A DNA stretch of 64,000 bases. It comes from Ranitomeya imitator. Lineage: Eukaryota. The stretch is taken from assembly GCF_032444005.1 (NCBI RefSeq), contig NC_091284.1:176700001-176764000 (forward strand), read 5' to 3'. Of this stretch, positions 1-12,753 are shown one piece after another (position 1 is the stretch's first letter; every line of letters begins with the position of its first letter). Position numbers and translations under genes: made by a program. The notes beneath the pieces were generated by a model that saw nothing but the letters and a program-made list of their open reading frames with translations, did not search any database and was not told the DNA's origin.

Positions 1-1215
1 TGTAACGCTCGCGCCCAGACTGGATGGCGCGAGTGAGGATAATGACCCCACTGTGCCACAAACCAGACTACCCTGGAATGGGCGTGACTAAGCAGCTACC
101 TTGGTCTTCACTGGAGCCTCTAGTGATGAGGTCAAGCTTGTGCGGCAGGTAGCTGCCAGGTACCACTCCAGGGCTGTGTCTGGCAGTAGCAGCTGATCCC
201 ACAGGGGAACAGAAATCTAATGACAGGTGCGGGAAAGTACAGATGGGCATGACTGGTACTCTGGCGGGCACGTCTAGCACTCTGGCAGGCAGGGCTGGCA
301 CTCTGTCAGGCTCAGACTGGAGGAACCAGAACCGTTTTGGGTAGGACAGGAACACTGGCAACTTAGTACAAGTGAAATATGGGATCGGGTAGGAACCAGT
401 TCAGACTGATGGGAAAGGAACAGTAAGGCACCAGTTCAGGCTGTAGGGATCAGGAACAGGTAGGAGCCAGTTCAGACTAGAAGGAAAAAGACTCGCAGAG
501 TGTGGAATGGGAGCATAGCAGAGCCGCAAGGTGCGGGACGGGAACAGAGCCGCAGGGTGCGGGACGGGAACAGAGCAGAGCCGCAGGGTGTGGGATGGGA
601 GCAGAGCAGAGCAGAGCTGCAGAGGGAAAGAGGGAGCAGACACAAGGATAGACACAGCAGGGTAAGGAAAGCTTCAGACAAGGATACAAACAAGTTTATG
701 CAAGGACTTAGTTCAGGCAATGACAAACACGTGAACAAGTTTAGGACAAAGGATTCAGGCCTGGCTATACAGCCCCCAGGGTGACAGAAGCAAGGCGCAT
801 TGACTACAGGTACGGGCATGGGTATGCAGCCCCCAGGAAGGCAGAAATGAGACACAAAGAATACAGATACGGGCCTGGGTGTACAGCTCCCAGGTGACAA
901 GGACAGGACCTGGCAACTCAGCAGCAGAAAGCAGACAGAGTTTGTGGCTCAGGCATCTCCCTATGGATGGAGATGCCTTAAGTACCCAATACCTCTTGGC
1001 AATAGGCTGGGGACAAATTAGAAGTGTGCACACTGTCTCTATTAGACTCAGGAAGTTCCGGGGCCGCCGTCCTAAGCATACAGCCAGGAAGTATGCAGCA
1101 AGCAAGGACATGAGGTTCACAGAATGGAGCAGGCAAAGGACAGAACTCACAGCATGGCCCGGAGTGGTGAGTAAGATGGGAGATGGGAAGTCATGCAGTG
1201 ATGCCGGTGTAAGAA
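1..1215. mobile_element. Probable solo LTR of a Gypsy-type element (right boundary approximate, probably minus orientation)
   Basis: Starts TGTAACG, has a short terminal hairpin (ctcgcgcc...ggcgcgag), and its composition resembles the antisense strand of the other LTRs in the window. No TSD or clean CA end verified. Confidence 0.4.
491..620. repeat. Short tandem repeat, 24-30 bp units
   Basis: Repeated gagccgcagggtgcgggacgggaaca(gagca) units. Confidence 0.65.
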
Positions 1216-1596
1216 GAGAGCCCGGATCGAAGGTACCTTTTTCGCGCCTGGACCGGGACTGTCACCTTTGTTGTCCGGGTGGAAAGTTTAGAGACCCGGA
1301 CCGGTGAATTTAGGAGCTCTGTCTCCCCCCCCCCCCCCCCCACACACACGGGCCGCTCCGAAGCACGAGCAAATCATTAACTCAAAAACTGAAAGTAAAG
1401 ATTAAACAACAACCACAAGACTGATTTCCTCAACCAAGGTATCATTTTAATCAGTATAACGGCACTGTGAAGAAACCAGATTGTATCTTAATTACCCAGA
1501 CAGCTATCTTTTTGCAAACCAATAAGAACCGACTTTTCATTTATATATTGGCTTGTACATTTAAGTGTTTATGTCTGGTGGTTCAAGAAGACAGAC

Positions 1597-2367
1597 TGTT
1601 GTGAATTCTGCTTTTGGGTTCCCTCCAGTCGTTGTAGATGGGAATGCAGTTGTCTCTGAGTCGCAGTCCTGGCCAGGTGTATCTGCTGATTGCAGTTCTG
1701 ACTGGGATATTTAGGTGTGCAGGATTCATTAGTCCTTGCCAGTTGTCAATGTTTCTTGTGAAGTGTTGGATCTTTGTCTGGCTTCTCCTGCTTAGCTGCC
1801 AATTCAGCAAAGATAAGTGTCTGTTTCTTTTTCTGTGGCACACAAGCTGTGTGCTTATATTCTGTGCTATTCATTTGTTTTCTCTTGTCCAGCTTGGACT
1901 GTGTCAGTGTTTTCTCAGTCTTGTTGGATTCTCTGGAGTTGCAGATATACGCTCCACATCTTTAGTTAGATGGTGGAGTTTTTGTATTTTCTGCTGTGGA
2001 TAATTTTGGAAGGATTTTAATACTGACTGCTTAGTATCCTGTCCTATCCTTTCCTATTTTAGCTAGTGTGGCCTCTTTTGCTAAATCCTGTTTCCTGCCT
2101 GCGTGTGTCTTTTCCCCTACTACTCACAGTCATTATTTGTGGGGGGCTGCCTATTCTTTGGGGGTCTGCTCTGAGGCAAGGTAGAATTCCTATTTCCATC
2201 TATAGGGGTATTTAGTCCTCTGGCTGTGTCGAGGTGTCTAGGTTTTGTTAGGCACACCCCACGGCTACTTCTAGTTGCGGTGTTAAGATCAGGGTTTGCG
2301 GTCAGTATAGTTACCACCTACTCCAGTGAAAGTTTTCATGCTGCTCCAAGGTCACCTGATCATAACA
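1597..2367 (+). repeat. G1 5' LTR
   Basis: Direct repeat of 6534-7504, about 7 substitutions by eye. Confidence 0.97.
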
Positions 2368-2502
2368 GTACAACTGGCCCATAATGAGTTAAATGGATCT
2401 CAGAAGAAGGGAAGAAAGGTCTTGAGCCATTTTTTTTTCTTCAGTCTACTTTGTCTTCTCCTCCCTCTTAATCTCTGGGTGGCTGAGAAACCTTGTGCTA
2501 GC

Positions 2503-5500
2503 ATGAATGTTCAGGAATTAGCTTCTCATGTAGACCAGCTTGCTGCTAGGGTACAGGGTATTTCTGATTATATTGTTCAGACTCCTGTTTTAGAACCTAA
2601 GATTCCTACTCCTGATTTGTTTTTTGGGGACAGGTCCAAATTTTTGAGTTTTAAAAACAACTGGAAACTGTTTTTTGCTTTGAGACCTCGATCCTCCGGT
2701 GATTCCATTCAGCAGGTTAAAATCGTCATCTCCCTGCTGCATGGCGACCCGCAGGATTGGGCATTTTCCCTGGAATCTGGGGATCCGGCTTTGCTTAATG
2801 TACACTCCTTTTTTCAGGCCTTAGGATTATTATATGATGAACCTAATTCTGTGGATCAAGCTGAGAAGACCTTGTTAGCCCTGTCTCAGGGTCAAGAGGC
2901 AGCAGAATTGTATTGTCAGAAATTCAGAAAATGGTCTGTGTTGACTAAATGGAATAATGATGCTTTGGCGGCAATTTTCAGAAAGGGTCTTTCTGAATCC
3001 GTTAAAGATGTTATGGTGGGGTTTCCCACGCCTTCCGGTCTGAGTGATTCTATGTCTCTGGCCATTCAGATTGACCGGCGCTTGCGGGAGCGCAGAACTG
3101 TGCGCGCTGTGGTGTTATCCTCAGAACAAATTCCTGAGCCAATGCAGTGTGATAGGATTCTGTCTAGAATGGAACGACAAGGTTTCAGACGTCAGAATAG
3201 GTTGTGTTATTATTGTGGCGACGCTTCTCATGTCATTTCTGTCTGCCCTAAGCGGACAAAGAGGATCGCCAGTTCAATTACCATCAGTACTGTACAACCT
3301 AAATTTTTGTTATCTGTGTCCTTGATCTGCTCATTGTCATCATTTTCTGTCATGGCGTTTGTGGATTCAGGCGCCGCCTTGAACTTAATGGACTTTGAGT
3401 TTGCCAAGCGTTGTGGTTTTCCCTTGCAGCTTTTGCAGAACCCTTGGCTAAAAATAAGTCCCAGTTTTGTACAAAGGTGACCATGCACATGGCGCAAGCC
3501 CATCAGGAAGATTGTCGATTTCTGGTGTTGCATAATTTGCATGATGCTATCGTGCTGGGTTTTCCGTGGTTGCAGGTACATAATCCTGTGTTGGATTGGA
3601 AGTCCATGTCTGTGACTAGTTGGGGTTGTCAGGGGTTCATAATGATGTTCCTTTGATGTCAATCTCCTCTTCTTCCTCTTCTGAAATTCCAGAGTTTTTG
3701 TCTGATTTTCAGGATGTATTCGATGAGCCCAAGTCCAGTTTCCTTCCACCGCACAGGGACTGCGATTGTGCTATTGACTTGATTCCAGGCTGTAAGTTTC
3801 CTAAGGGTCAACTTTTCAACCTGTCTGTGCCTGAACATACCGCCATGCGGAGCTATATTAAGGAGTCTTTGGAGAAAGGGCATATTCGGCCATCTTCTTC
3901 ACCGTTGGGAGCGGGGTTCTTTTTTGTTGCTAAAAAAGATGGTTCCTTGAGACCCAGTATTCATTATCGCCTCTTGAATAAAATCACGGTCAAGTTTCAA
4001 TACCCTTTACCTTTGCTTTCTGATTTGTTTTCTAGGATTAAGGGAGCTAGTTGGTTTACGAAGATTGACCTTTGGGGGGCATATAATCTTGTTCGTATTA
4101 AGCAAGGTGATGAATGGAAAACTGCGTTTAACACGCCCGAAGGCCATTTTGAATACCTTGTGATTCCATTCGGACTCTCTAATGCTCCATCTGTTTTTCA
4201 GTCCTTCATGCATGATATCTTCCGGACTTATCTTGATAAATTCTTGATTGTATATTTGGACGATATTTTGATTTTTTCCGATGATTGGGAGTCTCATGTG
4301 CAACAGGTCAGGATGGTATTTCAGATCCTTCGTGGCAATGCCCTGTTTGTGAAAGGGTCTAAGTGTCTCTTTGGGGTGCAGAAGGTTTCTTTTTTGGGCT
4401 TTATTTTTTCTCCCTCGTCTATAGAGATGGATCCGGTTAAGGTTCAGGCCATTCATGATTGGATTCAGCCCACATCCGTGAAGAGCCTTCAGAAATTTTT
4501 GGGTTTTGCAAATTTTTATCGCCGTTTCATTGCTAATTTTTCCAGCGTGGTTAAACCCTTGACCGATTTGACGAAGAAAGGCGCTGATGTGGCGAATTGG
4601 TCCTCTGCGGCTGTCTCTGCCTTTCAGGAGCTTAAACGTCGATTTACTTCTGCTCCGGTGTTGCGCCAACCGGATGTTTCTCCTCCGTTTCAGGTTGAGG
4701 TTGACGCTTCTGAGATTGGGGCAGGGGCCGTTTTGTCTCAGAGGGATCCTGTTGGTTCCTTAATGAAACCGTGTGCCTTCTTTTCCCGTAAGTTTTCGCC
4801 TGCTGAACGCAATTATGATGTCGGCAATCGGGAGTTGTTGGCTATGAAGTGGGCGTTTGAGGAGTGGCGACATTGGCTTTAGGGAGCTAAGCACCGTATT
4901 GTGGTCTTGACCGATCATAAGAATTTGATTTGCCTCAAGTCTGCCAAATGGCTGAATCCTAGACAGGCTCGATGGTCCTTGTTTTTTTCCCGTTTTGATT
5001 TCGTGGTCTCGTACCTTCCGGGTTCTAAGAATATTAAGGCTGATGCCCTCTCTAGGTGTTTTTTGCCTGATTCTCCTGAGGTCTTAGAACCGGTCGGTAT
5101 TCTGAAAGAAGGGGTGGTCCATTCTGTCATTTCCCCTGATTTACGACAGGTTCTTCAGGAATTTCAGGCTGACAAACCTGACCGCTGTCCTGTGGGGAAA
5201 CTGTTTGTTCCTGACAGATGGACTAGTAGAGTGATTTCTGAGGTTCACTGTTCCGTGTTGGCTGGTCATCCCGGCATTTTTGGTACCAGAGACTTGGTTG
5301 GTAGGTCCTTTTGGGGGCCTTCTTTGTCGCGCGATGTGCGTTCTTTTGTGCAGTCCAGTGGGACTTGTGCACGGGCCAAGCCTTGTTGTTCCCGTGCTAG
5401 TGGGTTGCTTTTGCCATTGCCAGTCCCTGAGAGGCCCTGGACGCATATTTCGATGGATTTTATTTCTGACCTTCTGGTCTCCCAGAAGATGTTGGTTATC

Positions 5501-6541
5501 TGGGTTGTTTGTGACTGGTTCTCTAAGATGGTTCATTTGGTGCCTTTGCCTAAATTGCCTTCCTCTTCAGATTTGGTTCCTCTGTTTTTTCAGCATGTGG
5601 TTCGTTTGCATGGTATGCCGGAGAATATTGTGTCCGACAGGGGTTCCCAGTTTGTTTCTAGGTTTTGGCGGGCCTTTTGTGCTAGGCTGGGCATTGATTT
5701 GTCTTTTTCTTCTGCATTTCATCCTCAGACAAATGGCCAGACCGAGCGAACTAATCAGACTTTGGAGACTTATTTGAGATGCTTTGTGTCTGCTGATCAG
5801 GATGATTGGGTGGCCTTCTTGCCATTGGCCGAGTTTGCCCTTAATAATCGGGCTAGTTCGGCTACTTTGGTTTCGCCTTTCTTTTGTAATTTTGGTTTTC
5901 ATCCTCGTTTTTCTTCTGGGCAGGTTGAGCCTTCTGACTGTCCTGGTGTGGATTCTGTGGTTGACAGGTTGCAGCAGATTTGGGCTCATGTGGTGGACAA
6001 TTTGGTGTTGTCTCAGGAGGAGGCTCAACGTTTTGCTAACCGTCGTCGGTGTGTTGGTTCCCAGCTTCGGGTTGGGGATCTGGTCTGGTTGTCTTCCCGT
6101 CATGTTCCTATGAAGGTTTCTTCCCCTAAGTTTAAGCCTCGGTTTATTGGTCCTTATAAGATTTCTGAGATTATTAATCCGGTGTCTTTTCGTTTGGCGC
6201 TTCCGGCCTCTTTTGCTATCCATAATGTCTTCCATAGATCTTTATTGCGGAAATATGTGGTGCCCATTGTTCCTTCTGTTGATCCTCCGGCCCCTGTGTT
6301 GGTTGATGGAGAGTTGGAGTATGTGGTTGAGAAGATTTTGGATTCTCGTTTTTCGAGGCGGAGGCTTCAGTACCTTGTCAAATGGAAGGGTTATGGCCAG
6401 GAGGATAATTCTTGGGTTTTTGCCTCTGATGTCCATGCTGCTGACTTGGTCCGTGCCTTTCATCTGGCTCATCCTGATCGTCCTGGGGGCCCTGGTGAGG
6501 GTTCGGTGACCCCTCCTCAAGGGGGGGGGGTACTGTTGTGA
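2503..6541 (+). pseudogene. G1 gag-pol, disrupted (deletion and frameshifts in protease, TAG at 4880-4882)
   Basis: ORFs 2326-3480, 3411-3656, 3620-4882 and 4901-6541 carry retrotransposon gag, CX2CX4HX4C, DSGA, YLDD, RNase H, integrase, GPY and chromodomain (YLVKWKGY) motifs. Confidence 0.93.
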
Positions 6542-7504
6542 ATTCTGCTTTTGGGTTCCCTCCAGTGGTTGTAGATGGGAATGCAGTTGTCTCTGAGTCG
6601 CAGTCCTGGCCAGGTGTATCTGCTGATTGCAGTTCTGACTGGGATATTTAGGTGTGCAGGATTCATTAGTCCTTGCCAGTTGTCAATGTTTCTTGTGAAG
6701 TGTTGGATCTTTGTCTGGCTTCTCCTGCTTAGCTGCCAATTCAGCAAAGATAAGTGTCTGTTTCTTTTTCTGTGGCACACAAGCTGTGTGCTTATATTCT
6801 GTGCTATTCCTTTGTTTTCTCTTGTCCAGCTTGGACTGTGTCAGTGTTTTCTCAGTCTTGTTGGATTCTCTGGAGTTGCAGATATACGCTCCACATCTTT
6901 AGTTAGATGGTGGAGTTTTTGTATTTTCTGCTGTGGATATTTTTGGAAGGATTTTAATACTGACCGCTTAGTATCCTGTCCTATCCTTTCCTATTTTAGC
7001 TAGTGTGGCCTCTTTTGCTAAATCCTGTTTCCTGCCTGCGTGTGTCTTTTCCCCTACTACTCACAGTCATTATTTGTGGGGGGCTGCCTATTATTATTAT
7101 TATACATTTTTATAGCGCCATTTATTCCATGGCGCTTTACATATGAATACGGGGCAAATATAGACAAATACATTAAACATGAGCAGATAACAAGGCACAC
7201 GAGTACATAAGGAGGGAGGACCCTGCCCGCGAGGGCTCACAGTCTGCAGGGGGTGGGTGAGGATACACTAGGAGAGGGAAGAGGGTTCTATTCTTTGGGG
7301 TTCTGCTCTGAGGCAAGGTAGAATTCCTATTTCCATCTATAGGGGTATTTAGTCCTCTGGCTTTGTCGAGGTGTCTAGGTTTTGTTAGGCACACCCCACG
7401 GCTACTTCTAGTTGCGGTGTTAAGATCAGGGTTTGCGGTCAGTATAGTTACCACCTACTCCAGTGAAAGTTTTCAAGCTGCTCCAAGGTCACCTGATCAT
7501 AACA
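6534..7504 (+). repeat. G1 3' LTR (contains a 195-bp LINE insertion)
   Basis: Matches the 5' LTR except for the 7093-7287 insertion. Confidence 0.97.
7093..7287 (-). mobile_element. 5'-truncated L2-type LINE 3' end
   Basis: Minus strand ends tgtaaagcgccatggaataaatggcgctataaaaatgtat(aat)n. ctatt duplicated at 7088-7092 and 7288-7292. Absent from the 5' LTR. Confidence 0.75.
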
Positions 7505-7545
7505 ACAGACTTACACTGTATGTTAAATGGTATCAGTTTGCAAGT

Positions 7546-8894
7546 CTGTAATAGTGACTTGTACATTGTGTGTGTCTATCTTTGTTTATTGATGTGTGCT
7601 GATATGCAAATTGTACATTGAAGTCCAGAACTAGCTGGGTGACTTCTAAAGCAGAGAGGGAAAGACTGTGCAAATAGATTGAGTGGTCAAGTAGTACTAG
7701 GTAATCTCATCACCATTGTTTGCCATATCTTGATGTTGAACTAAAGGACACTGGGTAATTCTAAAAATAGCTTACATGCCTTGGGTAGAAAAAGACTGGG
7801 AGATCACATCCTGGGGGTAGACTGAAGTAACATAGAGCTACAGACATTCTGCAAACCACCCCAACAGACAAGAGAACGGACTGCAGCCAATTCATCATGG
7901 CACCATCACGAGGGACACTGGTCTAGGATTCTATATGATACAACCTAGGGGTTTTCGGCTCCGGTTGGAAGGACACAGATCTGATCCAGGGACCATCTCT
8001 GCACCATGGATATGTTTGGAGAAAGCCAGGGTTGGGACCCGCTGGTCGCCTGGTTCCATGGAGATAGTTACATAGTTATTAAGGTTGAAGGAAGACTATA
8101 AGTCCATCTAGTTCAACCCATACAGACTTGTTCGCTATGCAGGTGGCCCATGTGTTTTTGGTTTTACAATTGTTCTCTTGTTCCTACAAGACTGGGGAGT
8201 TCACCACTCCTCTGTGGGTCATTTGCATTGTAGCTGTTCCATCTCGCATGTTATACATGGATATTTTCTCTCTGAGCCCTGTTCATACAGGTACTATGCA
8301 GATAGTTACATAGTTATTAAGGTTGAAGGAAGACTATAAGACAGGTGGTGACTCTCGTGTCAACTGATTTCGGACCCTGTATGGACTCTATGGACAGTTC
8401 TTGGTCATCTCCTTATGCTTGTCGTTGCCCCTTCTCTGTACGTTCATCCACAGATGGAGTAGCGAACCTGGGAGCTCTGATATCATGTCAACTGGCTTTG
8501 GACCTTGTATAGACTCTATGTACAGTTCTTGGTTATCTCCCTATGCTTGTCGCTGCCCCTTCTCTGTGCATTCATCCACAGATGGAGTAGCGACCCTGGG
8601 AGCTCTGACATCATGTCATACTGGAAACACGTGGAGACGCAGTGATATTTTATATGCGCCCATGTACCCATATAATTCCAGGCATGTTGGGAATGCTCTG
8701 TTTGCTATTGTGTGCTGTGGTTCAATAAAGTATTGCCGCTCTGTTTTACCTTAACCCTGTGTTGTCTGTGTAGTGTATCACCCACTGGGAGATAGAGCGG
8801 GCGTTCAGTGGTATGAGCCGTGTTCCATGCAGTCTTGCTAAAGACAGCCGGGCCAGTGGACAAGAGCACCCACTGACCCCGCTTCTCCGTGACA
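7546..8894 (+). mobile_element. Probable solo LTR (start uncertain)
   Basis: CCAAT, TATA-like box, about 130-bp internal duplication (8352-8610), AATAAA near 8725, ends gtgaca. No TSD confirmed. Confidence 0.35.
8064..8121 (-). mobile_element. CR1-type LINE extreme 3' end
   Basis: Minus strand gggttgaactagatggact...ccttaataactatgtaactat, an octamer-repeat tail. A second, shorter copy lies at 8302-8340. Confidence 0.55.
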
Positions 8895-9029
8895 GGCACC
8901 AACCTGACACTGTCTGTAGGGTACTGTGCACAATCCTGTTGACAGGTTCCCTTTAAACAAATACTTTGAAGTACCTTTTGAGCTTATGATGGCATTCAGT
9001 CTATTAGGGTAAAAGTCTCTTTTCATGGC

Positions 9030-9560
9030 ACATCTGGAAGTGACAATCTTTGCCTACACTGCCTTGCAGCAGCACTCCAAATCTGTCAGGTTGTCTACAG
9101 TGCGCTATTCGGGTCCATCCACAGATTTTCAGTAGGTCTGGGCTGTGGCTGGGTTATTCCAAAACCTTGACTTTCTACTGGCAAAGCCAATCTTTTGTTA
9201 ATAGAAGGTATGCTTAGGGGCATTGAATATGAAGAGGAATTTCACCGTAACAGTTTTCCAGCATAGACCTAAAGGTTTTGATGCAAATTGAATGATAACT
9301 GGAACTGTTCATAATTCACTTAACTTAAGCCCCAGTTCCTAAAAAGCTCCAAGGCATAATGCTATCTTCACTATGCTTAACTGTTGGTATGTTGTTCTTA
9401 TGGTCATGCACAGTGTTGCCTTTGAAATCATGGCAAAAAAGTTAAACCGTGGCGTTATCATATCATAACACTTTTTCCCACATGCTACATGCTTTTGGCA
9501 GATTCATTGTAGGTTTTGTCAAACATAGTGATGGCTTTAATTTTTTTACTGTGTAAAAGA
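9030..9560 (-). mobile_element. Decayed Tc1 transposase fragment
   Basis: Resembles the antisense strand of a Tc1 DDE region; boundaries approximate. Confidence 0.45.
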
Positions 9561-9608
9561 AAAAAAAAAAGCTTCTGCCTTGCCACCTTTCTCCACACGC
9601 CAGACATA

Positions 9609-11010
9609 CAGTGGTGTGAAATTGTTTGCCCATTCCTGATTTCCTATTATTTTGCATGTTTGTCACACTTAAATGTTTCAGATCACCAATCAAATTCAAA
9701 TATTAGACAAAGATAACACAAGTAAGCAGAAAATGCAGTTTACAAATTAAGGTGTTTATTATTAAGGGAAAAATAAATCCAAACCTACGTAGCCCTGTGT
9801 GAAAAAGTGATTGCCCCCTAAACCTAACAACTGGTTGGGCCACCGTTATCAGCAAAAACTGCAATCAAGCGTTTGTGATAACTGGCAATGAGTCTTTTAA
9901 AATGCTCTGGAGAAATTTTAGCCCACTTATCTCTGCAGAATTTTTGTAATTTAGCCACATTGGAGGCTTTACGAGCATGAACCGTCTTTTTTAAGATAAT
10001 GCCACAGCAACTAAATCTGATTAATGTCAGGACTTTGACCAGGCCACTACAAAGTCTTAATTTTGGTTTTCTTAAGCCATTCAGAGGTAGACTTACTGGT
10101 GTGTTTTAATCATTATCCTGCTGCATAACCCAAATGCGCTTCAGCTTGAGGTCATGAACAGATGGCAGGACATTCTCCTTTAGGATTTTTTGGTAGACAG
10201 CAGAATTCATGGTTCCATTTACCATAGCAAGTCATCCCAGTCCTGAAGCAGGAAAACAGCCCTAGTCCATCACACTACCACCACATTTTATTTTTGGAGT
10301 AATGTTTCTTTTCTGAATTGCTGTATTTACATCAGATGTAATGGGATATACAACTTCCAAAAAGTTCAAATTGTGTCTCATCAGTCCACAGAGTATTCTC
10401 CCTAAAGTCTTGGGGATCATCAAGATGTTTTCTGAGAAGAGCCTTTATGTTTTTATTGCTCAGCAGTGGTTTTCATCTTGGAACTCTGCCATGCAGGCCA
10501 TTTTTGCCCAGTCTTTCTTATGGTGGAGTCAAGAATAGTGACCTTAACTCAGGCAAGTGAGGTCTGTAGTTCTTGGTTCACCACAGTTCCATGTTTTCGC
10601 CATTTGTGGATAATGGTTCTCACTGTGGTTTGCTGGAGTCCCAAATCTTTGGAAATGACTTTATAACCTATTCCAGAATGATGGATCTCAATTACTTTGC
10701 TTCTCAATTGTTCCAGAATTTTTTGGGATTGCGGCATGATGTCTAGCTTTCAGGGGGAGCTTTTGGTCTACTTCACTTTGGCAGGCAGGTCCAATTTGAG
10801 TAATTTCTTGATTGAAAAGATCAGAAGTAACCAGGCCTGGGTGTGGCTAAAGGCATTTGAACTCAGCGTCCCAAAGATGTGAAAAACCACAGTTAATTTA
10901 TGTTTTAAGGGTGGTGAGGGGTGCAATCACTTTTTCACATAGCAACCTGCAGGTTTGGATTTTATTCCCCTTAATAATAAAGACCTTCATTAAAAAACTG
11001 CATTTACTGA
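9609..11010 (-). mobile_element. Degenerate Tc1 element with deletions
   Basis: TA+cagtggtgtgaaa terminus; inverted repeat between about 9730-9820 and 10915-11005; HTH remnant ORF 10549-10737 (LRSKVIEIHHSGIGYKVISKDLGL). Confidence 0.75.
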
Positions 11011-11275
11011 ATAAAACCCCTGGCAAAAATTATGTAATCACCGGCCTTGGAGGATGTTCATTCAGTTGTTTAATTTTGTAGAAAAAAAGCAGATCGCAGA
11101 CATGGCACAAAACTAAAGTCATTTCAAATGGCAACTTTCTGGCTTTAAGAAACTGTAAAAGAAATCAAGAACAAAAAATGGTAATGTCAGTAATGGTTAC
11201 TTTTTTTTTAACCAAGCATAGGGCAAAAATTATGGAGTCACTCAATTATGAGGGAAAAAATTATGGAATTATGAA
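11010..11275. mobile_element. Tc1 terminal fragment
   Basis: acccctggcaaaaattatg terminus with the gcaaaaattatgga motif repeated. Confidence 0.45.
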
Positions 11276-11897
11276 AACAAAAAAAAAAAAACACTCCAAA
11301 ACATCATATTTCCAAAATACAGCCATAAATCGTAAGCTCATCCACAGAAAAATACGTATAGAACCAAACAAAAAGAAGTAGGCCATAGAGCATTTCTTAA
11401 AAATGTATACAAATTTTATTAAGACAATTAAAAAACCAAAAACATAATCATAATAACATAGAGACAATTATATGCAAAAAGAATCAGGGTGTAAATGACA
11501 TCTAAGTGCCACGCACGCAAAACAGTTGGTCAGGTTAAATGGCAAAAAACAGGAAGTAATACAAATATGCATATGTACTCCCACAACAGATAGCCACATA
11601 TAGAGTATACCACTAAGAAATGTGGTAGTGACCGTTGGTAATTCCTATTCAACAATTAGTACATAGACCTAAACTATAAGGTAACCGTATAATCCAGATA
11701 AACATACAGGTCAGAGTAATGCAGAAGGAATTATGACAAAAGCCAAAGATCACATATTATAAAGTTAGGCCAAAACTAAGGGGATCGTACAAATATATCA
11801 ATCCATAGATGACACACAGTTTGTTATATCATTGTATAATGAAGGGAAGAGAATGCCCATAGTGCACCAACCTGAATGCGTAGCGTGGAAAAGCGGA

Positions 11898-11934
11898 CCC
11901 CAACGCGCGTTTCGCAATGTTGCTTCCTCGGGGG
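11898..11934 (-). ncRNA. Minimal type I hammerhead ribozyme (U4C variant)
   Basis: cccc-CCGAGGA-A-gca(acat)tgc-GAAA-cgcgcg-UU-gggg: stem I, stem II and a palindromic stem III. Confidence 0.7.
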
Positions 11935-12039
11935 CGTGGTGTTTAAGTGAAGACTGCAGGTATTTATAGCCACAGGCAGCCAATTATTTGTGTACTAGAT
12001 GGTGGCCCGATTCTAACGCATCAGGTATTCTAGAATATG

Positions 12040-12753
12040 TATGTATATAGCAGCCACATAGTATATAGCACAGGCCACGTAGTATATAGGAGCCATGTAG
12101 TATATAGCATACAAATAGTACGTGGCCTGTGCTATACAGTATGTGGCTGCTATATACATACATATTGTAGAATAGCCGAAGCGTTGTATATAACGCAGCC
12201 CACGCAGTATTTAAGACAGGCCACGTAGTATACAGCAGCCATGTAGTATATAACACTGCCCACGTAGTATATAGCAGCCATGTAGTATATAGTACTGTCC
12301 ACGTAGTATATAGCAGCCATGTAGTATATAGTACTGTCCACGTAGTATACAGCAGCCATGTAGTATATAGTACTGCCCACGTAGTATATAGCAGCCATGT
12401 AGTATATAGTACTGTCCATATAGTATATAGCAGCCATGTAGTATATAGTACTGCCCACGTAGTATATAGCAGCCATGTAGTATATAGTACTGCCCACGTA
12501 GTATATAGCAGCCATGTAGTATATAACACTGCCCACGTAGAATATAGCAGCCATGTAGTATATAGTACTGCCCACGTAGTATATAGCAGCCATGTAGTAT
12601 ATAGTACTGTCCATGTAGTACGTAGTATATAGCAGCCATGTAGTATATAGTACTGCCCATGTAGTATATAGCAGCCATGTAGTATATAGTAATGTCCATG
12701 TAGTACGTAGTATATAGCAGCCATGTAGTATATAGTACTGCCCATGTAGTATA
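12040..12753. repeat. 39-bp minisatellite (18+21 bp subunits); continues at 14406-14460
   Basis: gtagtatatagcagccat-gtagtatatagtactgcccac repeats. Confidence 0.95.

Larger units (their letters stand above)
1597..7504 (+). mobile_element. Full-length Ty3/Gypsy chromovirus (sushi/Tf1-like), family G1
   Basis: TG...CA LTRs at 1597-2367 and 6534-7504, PPT aagggggggggg at 6519-6530, flanked by acagac/acagac (1591-1596, 7505-7510). Order gag-CCHC-PR(DSGA)-RT(YLDD)-RH-IN-chromodomain. Confidence 0.97.

Noticed and set aside
1560-1596. Small host exon interrupted by G1 (joined to 7511-7520)
   Set aside because: Weak acceptor, only about 38 nt and no recognisable peptide.
1638-2003. Hydrophobic ORFs in LTRs (also 6575-7003, 24271-24528, 29211-29468) as env or accessory membrane proteins
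   Set aside because: They lie inside T-rich LTRs, are not conserved between G1 and G2, and have no env motifs.
3228-6520. Antisense ORFs over gag-pol and transposases throughout the window
   Set aside because: Shadow frames of genuine coding strands with no independent motifs.
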